Source: Syntrophorhabdaceae bacterium
GTDB taxonomy: Bacteria; Desulfobacterota; Syntrophorhabdia; Syntrophorhabdales; Syntrophorhabdaceae
Assembly: GCA_963665295.1 (NCBI GenBank)
Contig: OY762209.1
Span: 608,001 to 672,000, forward strand
Direction of reading: 5' to 3'
DNA: 64,000 nucleotides
A program made the position numbers and the translations under genes. The notes beneath the pieces are model-generated. The model searched no databases and was not told where the DNA came from. It saw nothing but the letters and a program-made list of their open reading frames with translations. Shown here in pieces: positions 20,425 through 31,259 of this stretch; the first letter of the stretch is position 1; each line of letters begins with the position of its first letter.

Positions 20425-20506
20425 GTTCCACCTTCCTCCGGACATTTTGAGGAATAATAATCATTCCTCTTCGCAACGGCAACAGGACGGGGGAGGCTTC
20501 TCTCCC

Positions 20507-21550
20507 TCACCTCCGGACCTGCCAGAGGGAGTCCGCAAAAAACCGGCGACGGTCGTAAAAAGTCGCTCGCACCTCAAAGCCGTTTCGTGCGGCGAGGTGG
20601 GCAAGATCGCTTTCGCTGAACTTACAGGAGGACTCGGTGTGAATGGGCTCCCATTCGTCGAAGGTGAAGGTGCGCCGGCAAGCGTCAACGCATACTTCCT
20701 GCTTCTTCCGGCTGATGAGGAAGCTTTCCACAGCCCCTGCCTTCGGGTTGTAATTGCTGTAATATTCAAACGCTTCCAGGCGGAAATTTCCTCCCAGCTC
20801 ATTATTGATCCGGCGCAGGATGTTCATATTGAATTGCGCAGTCACACCCTGGGAATCATTATACGCCCTGTTGATCGTTTCCGTGTCTTTCTTGAGGTCA
20901 AAACCGATGAATGCGAAATCGCCGTCCTTCATGGAGTCATGCAGCCCGCCGAGGAAAATCCCGGTTTCCGAGGGATTGAAGTTCCCTATATTGGAGCCGA
21001 GAAAAAGCACCACGTTGCGCCGCCGGTTCATCCGCGACAGCCATTCGAGACCCGTGAAATAATCAGTGGCCAGCCCCTCCACGGTCAGTCCCGGGAAAAC
21101 GGTCCCTACCTCCTTCGTCAGTTCAACCAGTGCCGACCCGGAAATATCTATGGGCACATAGTGGAACCGGAAGCCCTTGTCGAGAAACGAATCGAGGAGG
21201 ATCTTCGTTTTCAGGCCGTCGCCCGCCCCCAATTCCACCAGGGTGAAACCGTGCTCCCCCACAAGGGCGGCAATCTCTTCCTTGTGGACCTCGAGGATTT
21301 CCAATTCGCATCGCGTGGGGTAATATTCCTCAAGCTCCATGATCCGCTTGAAGAGCCTGCTCCCCTCTTCGTCGTAAAGGTATTTGCAGCACAGGGACTT
21401 GGGAGTTACCGTAAGCCCCTGTGACACATGGTCGGCAAATTCCAGAAGATTCCCGTCGCCATGGATGTCTGCGGGTTCCACCGTCCTGACTGCCTCGCCC
21501 GCGGTCCTTTCCGTCAATACCTTTGGAGCAGAGAAGTTTTTCGCGTCCAT
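20507..21550 (-). CDS. egtD: L-histidine N(alpha)-trimethyltransferase (hercynine synthase)
   Basis: KYLYDEEGSRLF, EYYPTRCE, VELGAGDGLKT, GSNIGNF, AYNDSQGVTAQFN, IHTESSCKF. Confidence 0.93.
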   Translation of the reverse strand: MDAKNFSAPKVLTERTAGEAVRTVEPADIHGDGNLLEFADHVSQGLTVTPKSLCCKYLYDEEGSRLFKRIMELEEYYPTRCELEILEVHKEEIAALVGEHGFTLVELGAGDGLKTKILLDSFLDKGFRFHYVPIDISGSALVELTKEVGTVFPGLTVEGLATDYFTGLEWLSRMNRRRNVVLFLGSNIGNFNPSETGIFLGGLHDSMKDGDFAFIGFDLKKDTETINRAYNDSQGVTAQFNMNILRRINNELGGNFRLEAFEYYSNYNPKAGAVESFLISRKKQEVCVDACRRTFTFDEWEPIHTESSCKFSESDLAHLAARNGFEVRATFYDRRRFFADSLWQVRR

Positions 21551-21554
21551 AATT

Positions 21555-24500
21555 TCACCTGCAAGGGACAAAATGAACCACCCTTTTGGAATCATCAATA
21601 GTCTTCTTCAGGAGGTCCAGGGCCCTGGTGATGTCCTCCTCGGTATTTTCATACCCTAGTGAGAAGCGCAATGCGCAGTGGGCGTCCTCGCGGGAAAGGC
21701 CCATGGCGAGAAGGGCATGAGACGGGTCAGGGGACCCCGAACTGCAGGCGGAACCGGAGGATAGGTAGACGCCGTGCCGGCTCATGGCCATGACCACCGA
21801 TTCGCCGCGAAAACCGGGCAACGTCATGTTCAGGGTATTGGGGAGACGCTTCTCAGGGTGACCGTTGAGCCGCGCCCCTGTCACCAGCGTCCTGATCCCC
21901 TTCTCCAGGACGTCTCTCAGTCTCCTTACACCTTCCCCTTGCGCAAGAAGGCCCGGGACCATTTCCGCTGCCCTGCCGAACCCCGCGATGCCGATGGTGT
22001 TTTCAGTGCCCGCCCGGAGCCCCCCTTCGTGCTCACCGCCGCTCACCAGGCTTTCCAGTTCTACACCCTTGCGCACATAGAGAAGGCCCACGCCTTTTGG
22101 CCCATAGACCTTGTGGGCCGAAAGGGTGAGCATGTCGATACCCGAATCCTCCACGTCAACAGGGACCTTGCCGAGGGCTTGCGTGGCGTCCGAATGGAAG
22201 AGGATGCCACGCCCGCGGGCCAGATCCGCAATCTCCCCGACCGGCTGAAGGGAGCCCGTTTCATTGTTGGCCCACATAATGCTTATAAGAAAAGTCTCCC
22301 CCGTAATGGCTCGCTCCACCTCGGCCGGATCGACTATGCCATGTTCATCCACCCCAACAAAGGTCACATCATAGCCCATTTGGGCCAGCCACCCGCAGGT
22401 GTTCAAAACAGCGGGGTGCTCGATGCGGGAAGTGATAAGATGACGCTTTCCGTCCTTCCGGGCAAAGGCGGCGCCTTTGATGGCAAGGTTGTCCGACTCC
22501 GAGCCGCAGCCGGTGAAAATGATCCTCCGGGCCGTGCAGTTGATGGCGGACGCCACCTTGCGACGCGCTTCTTCGATTAGAATCCTGGACCTCTTTCCCG
22601 CCTCGTGGACGCTGGAGGGGTTCCCATACAGGTCCATCGCCTCCTTCATGGTCTGGGCCACTTCAGGCGCGAGGGGAGTGGTGGCGTTGTGGTCCATATA
22701 CACGGGGTCGGGCGCGTGGGCGTCGCTTTGAGGAGACCCGTAGTCTTCAGGCCCTTCGCCGGTCCCGATGACCACCCGGTCTCCCTCGTCCCCTGCCTTG
22801 ATCACGTCGCACAGGAGACACTTGTACACGGGGAAGCCCGAAATGGGGTCAGATTGGCTAAGATCGGTCAACTCGTTGATATTGCATTCCCGCCACGCCT
22901 TGGGAGCCACGGGACTCCCGCCCGCGTGGTCGGCGTCGATGAAACCCCGGGCGATGTCGTCGGTCACCAGGGCACGCATGCTCACCATGCCCCTGGGTGT
23001 GGCGACATGAACCTTGTCGCCGTCCTCGATGCCCCGATCCAGGGCATCTGCCGTATTGAGGGTAACCGCAGGCTCCGGGCGCTCCCTGACCAACGCGGGA
23101 ATGCCCCGGTGCTGGGTATGGAAGGCGGTTCTCACCCTTGCCCCGGAGTTGAAGACCAGCGGGTATTTGTCGAGGAGGTCCGGCCGTGACAGGGGCCCCT
23201 CCCTCGGCTCGGTATACACAGGGAGCGGGTCGTATCCGTATTCCTTGAGCATTGTGGAGGCAATTTCGAACTTGCCCGAAGGAGTGTCGAAACCGGGCGC
23301 TCCGTCCGGTCTCAGCAGGCCCTTTTCCCATTTGCGGTACTGCATCATGGGGGTCTCGATGGAGACCGATCCACCCGCGCTTCTCACGTCTTCAGGGGTA
23401 AAACCGGAACCCTTCAATACGTAGCGGAGCAGCTCCCCCTCGTTCTGGGGGTAGAGGTGGCCGTAACCCAGCCGTTGCGCAAGCTCCGCAAGGATGAAGA
23501 AATCGTTCCGTGCTTCACCGAGAGGCTCTATCATCCGTTCCCTGATCCTGAAAAGGGGTCCGTAGATCATGTACGATTCGATCTCATAGTATGTGGCAGC
23601 GGGCAGGACAATGTCCGCATAGGCGGCGTCGGCGGTGAACTGCCGGTCGATGCATACCTGAAAATCAAGGGCCCCGAGGGTCTTCTTCCAGAGTTCAGGG
23701 TTGGGCCACGACGTGATAAGGGAGCCTCCGAGTATGATAAGGGAGCGGATCTTATAGGGTGTCTCCTTGAGCACCGCGTCCGGCAGGGCGATGGCATGGG
23801 CCTCGTCGCGGTAGTGGACGTAAAGAGGATAGCGGTCCCTTCCCGGGCGGGGGTTGGCCACGGGGTTCTTGATCAGGCCCTCGCGGTTCACGGGAAAGCG
23901 GCTCCCGGACATGGAGAAACAAAGCCCGCCGGGAACATCTATCTGCCCTGCAAGGGCCCAGAGCACGAGGGTCGCCCGAATCCCCTGGACGCCGGTGGCA
24001 CTGAATTCCATACCCGTGTACATGAGCTGTGATACGCCCCGGGCGCCCGCTATCTCCCGGGCAAGGGAAACCACCGTGTCGGCGGGCACTCCCGTGATAT
24101 GCTCCACCACCTCCGGCCGGAAATGCTGCACATACCGGGAGAACTCTTCGAAGCCCACGGTCCAGTTCTCCACAAAGTGTTCGTCGTAAAGGTCTTCCTC
24201 GATCAGGACATTGCACATGCCCAGGGCCAACGCCCCGTCCGTGCCCGGCCGTATGGGGACCCACGTCGCGCCGGCCAGTTTGGCGGTCATAGTCTTCCGG
24301 GGATCGATCACCACGACCCTGGCGCCCCGTTCTTTCGCGGCGAGTATCCTCTTCATCTCGACTGGGGGAGAATCGGTGGCGGGGTTCGTGCCCCACACAA
24401 TCACCATCTCGGAGTTCTCCACGTCATTGAACATATTGATGAGCATGCGGCCGCACGTGAGATGGGGTGCGATCACACCGTAGGAAACATAACACAGGGC

Positions 24501-24947
24501 GCCTACCCCCATGGTGTTGGGCGACCCGTAGGGGAAAAGGACGCTGCTCGCCGACGAAACGGCTACTCCCGCGGGTTGGAAGACATCGCAGAGGGAAAGT
24601 TCGAAACTCCCCACGCCCGTATAGATGGCGGCTGCCTCGGGACCATACTCCTTCTTGATAAAGCTCAGCTTGTCTACAATGATCCCGTAGGCGTCGTCCC
24701 AACTTATGGGTTCAAAATCGTAGTCACCTTTATCTCCCTTCCTTCTCAAGGGATGGAGGAGGCGGCGCTCCGAATAGATGATGTCGGGAGAGTGTTCCCC
24801 CATGGGGCAGGTTATCCCCATGCCTGACCCTTCGTCGGGCCGGACATGAACGATCTTGCCGTCCCGGTCATACCCGGCGACAATCCAGCATCCCGCGCTG
24901 CATATGCCGCATATGCCTCTCTTCTCCCGCGCCCATGTTCCCGTCAT
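21555..24947 (-). CDS. Metallopterin oxidoreductase-cysteine desulfurase fusion (MES-type anaerobic ergothioneine synthase)
   Basis: N-terminal CGICSAGC Fe-S motif, WGTNP, IRPGTDGA, ADIVLPA; C-terminal YMDHNATT, SAHKVYGPKG (PLP Lys), SSGSACSSG; 4 bp upstream of egtD. Confidence 0.88.
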   Translation of the reverse strand: MTGTWAREKRGICGICSAGCWIVAGYDRDGKIVHVRPDEGSGMGITCPMGEHSPDIIYSERRLLHPLRRKGDKGDYDFEPISWDDAYGIIVDKLSFIKKEYGPEAAAIYTGVGSFELSLCDVFQPAGVAVSSASSVLFPYGSPNTMGVGALCYVSYGVIAPHLTCGRMLINMFNDVENSEMVIVWGTNPATDSPPVEMKRILAAKERGARVVVIDPRKTMTAKLAGATWVPIRPGTDGALALGMCNVLIEEDLYDEHFVENWTVGFEEFSRYVQHFRPEVVEHITGVPADTVVSLAREIAGARGVSQLMYTGMEFSATGVQGIRATLVLWALAGQIDVPGGLCFSMSGSRFPVNREGLIKNPVANPRPGRDRYPLYVHYRDEAHAIALPDAVLKETPYKIRSLIILGGSLITSWPNPELWKKTLGALDFQVCIDRQFTADAAYADIVLPAATYYEIESYMIYGPLFRIRERMIEPLGEARNDFFILAELAQRLGYGHLYPQNEGELLRYVLKGSGFTPEDVRSAGGSVSIETPMMQYRKWEKGLLRPDGAPGFDTPSGKFEIASTMLKEYGYDPLPVYTEPREGPLSRPDLLDKYPLVFNSGARVRTAFHTQHRGIPALVRERPEPAVTLNTADALDRGIEDGDKVHVATPRGMVSMRALVTDDIARGFIDADHAGGSPVAPKAWRECNINELTDLSQSDPISGFPVYKCLLCDVIKAGDEGDRVVIGTGEGPEDYGSPQSDAHAPDPVYMDHNATTPLAPEVAQTMKEAMDLYGNPSSVHEAGKRSRILIEEARRKVASAINCTARRIIFTGCGSESDNLAIKGAAFARKDGKRHLITSRIEHPAVLNTCGWLAQMGYDVTFVGVDEHGIVDPAEVERAITGETFLISIMWANNETGSLQPVGEIADLARGRGILFHSDATQALGKVPVDVEDSGIDMLTLSAHKVYGPKGVGLLYVRKGVELESLVSGGEHEGGLRAGTENTIGIAGFGRAAEMVPGLLAQGEGVRRLRDVLEKGIRTLVTGARLNGHPEKRLPNTLNMTLPGFRGESVVMAMSRHGVYLSSGSACSSGSPDPSHALLAMGLSREDAHCALRFSLGYENTEEDITRALDLLKKTIDDSKRVVHFVPCR

Positions 24948-25166
24948 TCAGAAACCCTTATTCCCACGCCGTATTCGACGCAAATTTCGCCCGCTGTCAT
25001 CGTAGTCTATCCCTTTCGCCCATGCCCCGGCGCTGTCAACAATCCCGACCGGTCCCATGCCGGTTTCTCCATTTTTCCCCATGTTCCCTTCAGTTGTCAA
25101 GGGTAAAGCAGCGGATACCCGCGGCGGATACTGCGATAGTGCGCGATCCATAAGGACCATCCATTG

Positions 25167-25340
25167 CTATGGGCGACAGTCGTAATCGGGCCGGTTGCTG
25201 AAGTATCCCTCGGGATAGCCGCGGGGACACCGGTAATCCCGCTCACCATACCCCCGGTCGCCGTCGGCTTGCGGGAGTACCGCGCACGATGATGCGGCGA
25301 GAAGGATCGCAACCAATAATGCAGCCATCCACCTCTTCAT
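25167..25340 (-). CDS. Small putative lipoprotein
   Basis: GGGAGG RBS; MKRWMAALLVAILLAASSC lipobox-like. Confidence 0.55.
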   Translation of the reverse strand: MKRWMAALLVAILLAASSCAVLPQADGDRGYGERDYRCPRGYPEGYFSNRPDYDCRP

Positions 25341-25371
25341 AATCAGACTTTCCTCCCTTTCCCGACCCCAT

Positions 25372-25641
25372 CTACGAACCGGATTTGAGGTGGGCCCGTG
25401 CATGGGCCCTGGCGGATTCGACGTCACGGTTCTTAGGGGGAGCAGAGGTCACCAGGGAACCGAGCAGCCCGGCGGAGGCCTTCGCGATTTCCTCGACCGC
25501 CCTGTCGAAGGCTTCTCTATTCGCGGCGGAAGGCTTCGTAAATCCGCTGATCTTCCTCACAAACTGCAGGGCCGCCGCGCGGACCTCATCGGCCGTGGCC
25601 GGTGGTTCAAAATTATAGAGGGGCCTGATGTTCCTGCACAT
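25372..25641 (-). CDS. DUF2277 family protein
   Basis: MCRNIRPLYNFEPPAT...AALQFVRKISG. Confidence 0.88.
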   Translation of the reverse strand: MCRNIRPLYNFEPPATADEVRAAALQFVRKISGFTKPSAANREAFDRAVEEIAKASAGLLGSLVTSAPPKNRDVESARAHARAHLKSGS

Positions 25642-25700
25642 CTTGTCAACCCCCGTGATCGGCCGTATTCGGACAGCCCTGTGCGCCTATGGGGCGCTGC

Positions 25701-26066
25701 CTATGTTTTTCGTCCCTCTTTTTCACCTTCCATATCCTCCATTATCACAAGGAGTTGCTTGTCGCCCAGCGCAAAGGCTTCCCTGACCGTCCCTTTCACG
25801 GTGATGGTAGACCCGGCCTTGGGCAATACCTTCTCGGTCACCACGGTTATCTCGCCCGTCTTGTCCCGAATGACGAAGTACTTGATCATAAAGAAACCGA
25901 ATACCTCCGTTACCTCGCCCGAGACGGTCACGGTCTTGTCCGCGTACTTCCGCGGATCATCGATGATCTTCCCGATGGGCGTGGATGTTATCCCCTGACA
26001 GCCCGAAAGGACGAGAACTGTAATAAGGGCGGCGGAAAAGGCATATAACCATGGGCGCTTGATCAT
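25701..26066 (-). CDS. OB-fold lipoprotein
   Basis: LSGC lipobox; VTVSGEV, FVIRDKTGEITV, ITVKGTV. Confidence 0.7.
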   Translation of the reverse strand: MIKRPWLYAFSAALITVLVLSGCQGITSTPIGKIIDDPRKYADKTVTVSGEVTEVFGFFMIKYFVIRDKTGEITVVTEKVLPKAGSTITVKGTVREAFALGDKQLLVIMEDMEGEKEGRKT

Positions 26067-26422
26067 GTCGGGCCTCGCGTATGATATTAGATTCATCTGG
26101 TTAAACAATAATACTCCCTCCGGAAAACGTCCAGTGCAGCCGGGAGGCGAATATGGCGTCGGCATTCCCCCCGTTGACGCACCATATCAGGCGGACCGTC
26201 ACAGAAGCGACAGTCTCCGATAATCCCGTTTCATCGTAAACCTTTACGTCGCATAGAGATTCATCCAGGTGAAAAGATGACAGATTTCTTGCATTATTCG
26301 GCAAAGGGGGATACGCTCATATTACCGTTGAGGTTCGGCGGAACTGCGCGGCCCTGCCCCCCCCGGGATATCCCCGTCGAACCCCGGACACCAAAGAAGA
26401 AGGAGGAGGAGGAGGAAGCCCC

Positions 26423-27793
26423 GTGATACGCAAAGACACTGCAAGAAGTGAAAGCAACCCGTTTCATGAGCATTTCAAATACGGGATCATCACCACCCTT
26501 GTGGCTCTGTGCGCCTTCTTTGCAACGGGTTGGTGCGCGCCCGCATGGTGCGGGGAAACGGCCGTTCTGGAAGTTACCGATGCAGGGGACCACTTGTCGC
26601 CCACGCCCTGGACCAAGGATTATATCCGCAAAAAACCTTACGTCATTTACAGCGGAAAGCTCAACACCATGACCATTCTATGGCAGACTTACCAGACACC
26701 GGCCAAATCAACCATAGTGTGGGGAACTACCACGAGTTACGGCAAAGGCCCGGTCACTGTGCATGAGAACGGCAGCCTGGCGAACGAACACCAGTTCTCC
26801 CATACAACCTCAGGCCTCCAACCGGCCACGAAGTACTATTTTCAGGTCACCAACGACGGCTACTCCCACGGCGGCTCTTTTACGACTGCCCCGGCTCCTT
26901 CCACAACCGGCGTCTCCTTCTATGGATATGGAGACAGCAGGGCCACATGGCTCGATCCGCCGGTGGAACATAACGCCGTTCTCACCCAGCTCCTCGCGGA
27001 CATGAACCAGGACCCGGTCCGGCGTCAAACCGTGCTGGTCCATCTTGGCGACTATGTCTACAACGGGCTGAACGAATACCTGTGGGATCTGCAACAGTTT
27101 AATCCGGAAGCCCAATACGAGTCCATGCACTCGACCTTTTCAAAGATGCCCTTCATGGGGGTTCTGGGAAATCATGAAGGGTACGATGCCTATGCCCGGA
27201 GAGAAACCGTATTCAACTTTCAGAACCTGGGCGAGCTTTTCCGGAAATACTATCCCTATAAATACGCCAACAACAAACGCTTTTACCACTCTTTCGATTA
27301 TGGACCCGTCCATTTTGTGGTGATCGATACGTGGTCATACAAGGATCAGATAATCGACACACAACAGGCGAACTGGCTGCAGCACGATCTCAAAACCTCC
27401 AAGAAGCCCTGGAAGGTCGCCATGATCCATACGCCCATATGGGATTGCCTGGCCGGTAACACCGCCATCCAGAACCAGCTCACGCCTATCCTGAAGGCCG
27501 GAGGGGTCCAACTGGTCCTCCAGGGGCATCAGCATTATTACAGCCACGTAACCTATAACGACATGACGTATCTTGTCCTGGGGGGCGGCGGCGCCACTCT
27601 TCTCGATCCCGCCACGACGACATGCGTTGAGGAAGCGAACAAAACGATAGTCAAAACCGCCTTTGTGTATCATTTTGCGAGGTTTGATGTTTTAGGGGAT
27701 ACTATGACCGTGAGCGTGATAAACAGCGATGGAGGGGCGGTAGAGCCACCCTTCACCATAACGAATGGGAGCGCACCGGCCAAGTCCAGGTAA
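26423..27793 (+). CDS. Secreted metallophosphoesterase (purple acid phosphatase-like, FN3 domain)
   Basis: YGDSR, HLGDYV, GNHE, IHTP, GHQHYY; GLQPATKYYF FN3 motif. Confidence 0.88.
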   Translation: MIRKDTARSESNPFHEHFKYGIITTLVALCAFFATGWCAPAWCGETAVLEVTDAGDHLSPTPWTKDYIRKKPYVIYSGKLNTMTILWQTYQTPAKSTIVWGTTTSYGKGPVTVHENGSLANEHQFSHTTSGLQPATKYYFQVTNDGYSHGGSFTTAPAPSTTGVSFYGYGDSRATWLDPPVEHNAVLTQLLADMNQDPVRRQTVLVHLGDYVYNGLNEYLWDLQQFNPEAQYESMHSTFSKMPFMGVLGNHEGYDAYARRETVFNFQNLGELFRKYYPYKYANNKRFYHSFDYGPVHFVVIDTWSYKDQIIDTQQANWLQHDLKTSKKPWKVAMIHTPIWDCLAGNTAIQNQLTPILKAGGVQLVLQGHQHYYSHVTYNDMTYLVLGGGGATLLDPATTTCVEEANKTIVKTAFVYHFARFDVLGDTMTVSVINSDGGAVEPPFTITNGSAPAKSR

Positions 27794-27895
27794 AAGTTCC
27801 ATGCCAACCTTTACCTGATGGGCGCCTCCGCCTGCTCCCGCGAAGGGGCAGGCGGAGGCGCCGTTTACAGAAGGCTCACCTGTTGTCCCTCGCCT

Positions 27896-28360
27896 TTATT
27901 CGCTCTTATCGGAAGTATCCGCCTTGTCTACTACGGCAAGGTTCTCGATATCGTGTGCGCCGAACTCCTCTTCATACCAGCTGACGTACTCGTCCGCACG
28001 CTGGAACCGCTCATCGATGGACATCCTTCCGATGGTCCCCGTTCCATGAGCCCTTATGAAATCCCGTTCGGCCATGCGGTGGACCAACTCATACCAGAAA
28101 ACATCGTCATCGTATGCGTTTATTATCTGTACGACGCCTGAGTTCTTCTCGAATTCAGGCGCGTAGGAGTAGGTCTTCGTATCTCCATCATAGACGACGC
28201 GGTCTTCCAAGGCGAAATCTTTTGCATAAGAAAACACCTGTTGCTCCAGGTCACTGAATTCACCCGACCATTCACCTTCGAATGCGTCCGTCGTCCATGT
28301 ACCGAGGTAGAGAACCTTCAGCAGTTTGACGTACTGTTCCTCTGTAAGGTCAATCTTCAT
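27896..28360 (-). CDS. Hypothetical acidic protein
   Basis: AGGAGG RBS before MKIDL; open frame. Confidence 0.65.
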   Translation of the reverse strand: MKIDLTEEQYVKLLKVLYLGTWTTDAFEGEWSGEFSDLEQQVFSYAKDFALEDRVVYDGDTKTYSYAPEFEKNSGVVQIINAYDDDVFWYELVHRMAERDFIRAHGTGTIGRMSIDERFQRADEYVSWYEEEFGAHDIENLAVVDKADTSDKSE

Positions 28361-28527
28361 ACTCCTCCTTTTTAGGACCATATTAATAGCGTTAGGGGGC
28401 TTAGTCCGTCCCTTCCGGCATCACCCGATAGATTATTACAGGTTTCATCAGGCACAGTCAAAGGAAAGAAAGAAAGATGAAGTTAAGGATTGACATCTCT
28501 CTTCAATACTGATAAAAGCAGTGTTCT

Positions 28528-29151
28528 ATGGAGCTATCGTTCCAGCATTACTTCCTGGGATTGTTTGCCGTGGCAAACAACATTCCCGCCATTCCGCTCT
28601 ATTACTCAATTTGTCAGGGGTTGACCGGTGCGGAGCAGCACAAGCTGTGCCTGACCGCCACCTGTGCCTCCTTCATTACCATGTCGGCTGCCATGTTATG
28701 CGGCGCCGCCATTCTGGGTTTTTTTGATATCAGCGTTCACGCCTTTCGTGTCGCAGGGGGACTCCTTCTCCTTTCCTCGGGATTCAATATGATCAGATCG
28801 AAGGAAGACGTGGTGATTTCCCACGACGAGAACCACATGTCCGAAGTCATTTCCGTGGCGGTCATCCCCATAGCCATTCCCCTGACCACCGGGGCGGGCA
28901 CCATATCCACCATAATCGTATTCGCCGAAAAACTTCAGGTGTGGGCGGTCACGGTAAAGTTGATTGTCGCCATATGTCTCATGTCAGTGGTCATATACCT
29001 GTCCTTCCGGTATTCCGTGACCATCCTTCGCCTGTTGGGCCACACCGGCATGAGTGTGGTGACCAAGATCTTCGGCATCATCACCCTCGCCCTGGGGGTG
29101 CAGTTCATCATCTCCGGCCTGCGGGAAGCCTTTCCCGTCCTTCTAAAGTAA
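28528..29151 (+). CDS. MarC family membrane protein
   Basis: AFRVAGGLLL, VIPIAIPLTTGAGTI; six hydrophobic segments. Confidence 0.9.
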   Translation: MELSFQHYFLGLFAVANNIPAIPLYYSICQGLTGAEQHKLCLTATCASFITMSAAMLCGAAILGFFDISVHAFRVAGGLLLLSSGFNMIRSKEDVVISHDENHMSEVISVAVIPIAIPLTTGAGTISTIIVFAEKLQVWAVTVKLIVAICLMSVVIYLSFRYSVTILRLLGHTGMSVVTKIFGIITLALGVQFIISGLREAFPVLLK

Positions 29152-29242
29152 CTGGGGAGACGTCCGGTCGAAAGGCTGCAATCGCGACACGGTGATTGAA
29201 GCTTTTGCTGCAAAGCAAGGCGGCGCTCCTTTTATGTCCCTG

Positions 29243-30268
29243 TCATCCCTGAATGCCTGCTTTCCCGCATGCCCACCTTGCCATATTTCTCACATTTTCG
29301 TGACGGTCCCGGCATGCCCGCTTGATGGGCGCATGATACTTTTCGTCACCGCTGTTCGCCATGACCCTTATGGCGTTACTCTTCCAAAGCCAGGCGCTCT
29401 CCTTGCCGATATACCAGAACCGGGGCTGTATCTTCTCAAGATAGGTCTCTTCGTCCATTTCCAGAATCTTCTCCGGACCCAGGAGGTCTGCAATCGAATC
29501 CAGGCCGGGGAACTCCTCCTGTCCGGTCCACGTGTTCCTGTTTTTGGGGCACACGTCCTGACACACGTCGCATCCGTATAGCCAGGAGCCCATCCGGTCC
29601 TTCAGGTCGTCCGACGGAAGGTCTGAGGAGAAAAAGGACAAATGGGCGATGCAAATCCCTCTGTCCATTGCAAAGGGTTCGGATAATGCTCCCGTGGGGC
29701 AGGCGTCGATGCACTTCGTGCAATTCTCCGGACACGCCTGGGTTGCCGCAACAGGACCGTCATATTCCAGCTCCATGTTCACGGTCCATGTATCTATCCA
29801 GACAAAGGACCCCTGTTCCGTATAGAGGAAATTGTTCTTGCCGAACCGTCCCAGACCCGCTCCGGCCGCCGCCCACCTGGCTGCCACGGAGTCCTTGAAA
29901 AAGGAAAATCCCGATTTTCGGAGGTACTCTTCGAAGAGGCCGACGTTCTTGTATTCTTCCGAGTACGGGAGTCTGCCGTCGCACAAATATACCTTGCCGA
30001 AATAGTTGCTCACTCCGGGAGGGATCCGGTACCTGTCGTATCTTCTCACGCACACCACGATTGATTTCGCCCAATCTTCCTTCTTGTCGGGCGAGCTCAT
30101 GGGATACAGGCTTTCATAGAGGTGACGTGATTTCGGGAACCTTTCCACGCGCTTATCGAGGAGCGCGGCGTATTCCTTCAAAGAATCCGCCGGAATAATT
30201 CCGCACAAGTCATAACCGAGTTCATATGCTTTTGCCTTGATGTCCTTTGCGATGCCTTTCTTTCCCAT
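29243..30268 (-). CDS. Epoxyqueuosine reductase QueG-like 4Fe-4S protein
   Basis: AGLGRFGKN, CPENCTKCIDACP, GCDVCQDVCP, HEAT-like tail. Confidence 0.75.
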   Translation of the reverse strand: MGKKGIAKDIKAKAYELGYDLCGIIPADSLKEYAALLDKRVERFPKSRHLYESLYPMSSPDKKEDWAKSIVVCVRRYDRYRIPPGVSNYFGKVYLCDGRLPYSEEYKNVGLFEEYLRKSGFSFFKDSVAARWAAAGAGLGRFGKNNFLYTEQGSFVWIDTWTVNMELEYDGPVAATQACPENCTKCIDACPTGALSEPFAMDRGICIAHLSFFSSDLPSDDLKDRMGSWLYGCDVCQDVCPKNRNTWTGQEEFPGLDSIADLLGPEKILEMDEETYLEKIQPRFWYIGKESAWLWKSNAIRVMANSGDEKYHAPIKRACRDRHENVRNMARWACGKAGIQG

Positions 30269-30593
30269 CGATCATCTCCCTGGAGCAGGTTTTATCACCA
30301 TCAGAATCGTGAAATTTCTGCCGGGTGCAGCATAGCGAACTTTCATCCTTTCAAATCATTATATCATAGCGAAGCCGAATCACCTATTAAAATAGGCAGT
30401 TATCCTTACATCCCCGGAGCGGGGCCAGGCGGGATCAAGGGCGCCTCTGTCATGGGGTGGCGGTGTCGCCCCTCTTCTTCCTTAAGTACCTCACATATAA
30501 TCCGATAAATACAAATAAGGCGTTATGGGTTCGGAGAATCCGGACAAGATAAGACGCCGATCGCAATGAAGACGGAGAGGAGGGGTATTTCTT

Positions 30594-31259
30594 ATGATCA
30601 GGAATAATAACGCAGTATACCATTCCCCCTTTGACACGCTTCAGCCGCGCGATGCAAGGGAAACACGGGAAAAGAGCGCCTTTGCCGACTCTAATAGGAT
30701 GGTTACCCTCAAGCCGGGGGATTATCATGTGTCCGCCGACCAGGTGGTTATCTCCACCATACTGGGATCCTGCATTGCCGCCTGTCTCTATGATCCCGTA
30801 AACCATGTGGTCGGAATGAACCATTTTCTGCTGAGCGAAACGCGATATACCAAGTCAACGCCCTTATGGATGACTGAAGCGGGGCGCTACGGCGTCCACG
30901 CCATGGAACTCATCATCAACGGCATGCTCAAACTCGGAGCGGAAAAGAGGAACTTCCGCGCAAAGGTCTTTGGAGGCGCTTCTCAATTTTCAAGCGATTC
31001 CGGTACACGCAATTTTAACTGCGTGGGAGAGGTAAACTCACGATTCGTTATCGACTTCCTGCAGACCGAGGGCATCAGGCTTGTTGCGTCGGACCTCGGC
31101 GGCGAGGAAGGAAGGGTGATCCACTTTCATGCGAAGGATTTTGCGGTGTACCAGAGGAGATTGAAGAAAACCGTTATGCCTGACCTTGTGAAGACGGAAA
31201 AACGCTTCTGGGAGCAGGAAGCGGTGAAAAAATACCCTGAGCCGGAACTGTGGGGATAA
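30594..31259 (+). CDS. cheD: Chemoreceptor glutamine deamidase
   Basis: TILGSCIAAC, GMNHFLL, AKVFGGA, DLGG. Confidence 0.9.
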   Translation: MIRNNNAVYHSPFDTLQPRDARETREKSAFADSNRMVTLKPGDYHVSADQVVISTILGSCIAACLYDPVNHVVGMNHFLLSETRYTKSTPLWMTEAGRYGVHAMELIINGMLKLGAEKRNFRAKVFGGASQFSSDSGTRNFNCVGEVNSRFVIDFLQTEGIRLVASDLGGEEGRVIHFHAKDFAVYQRRLKKTVMPDLVKTEKRFWEQEAVKKYPEPELWG

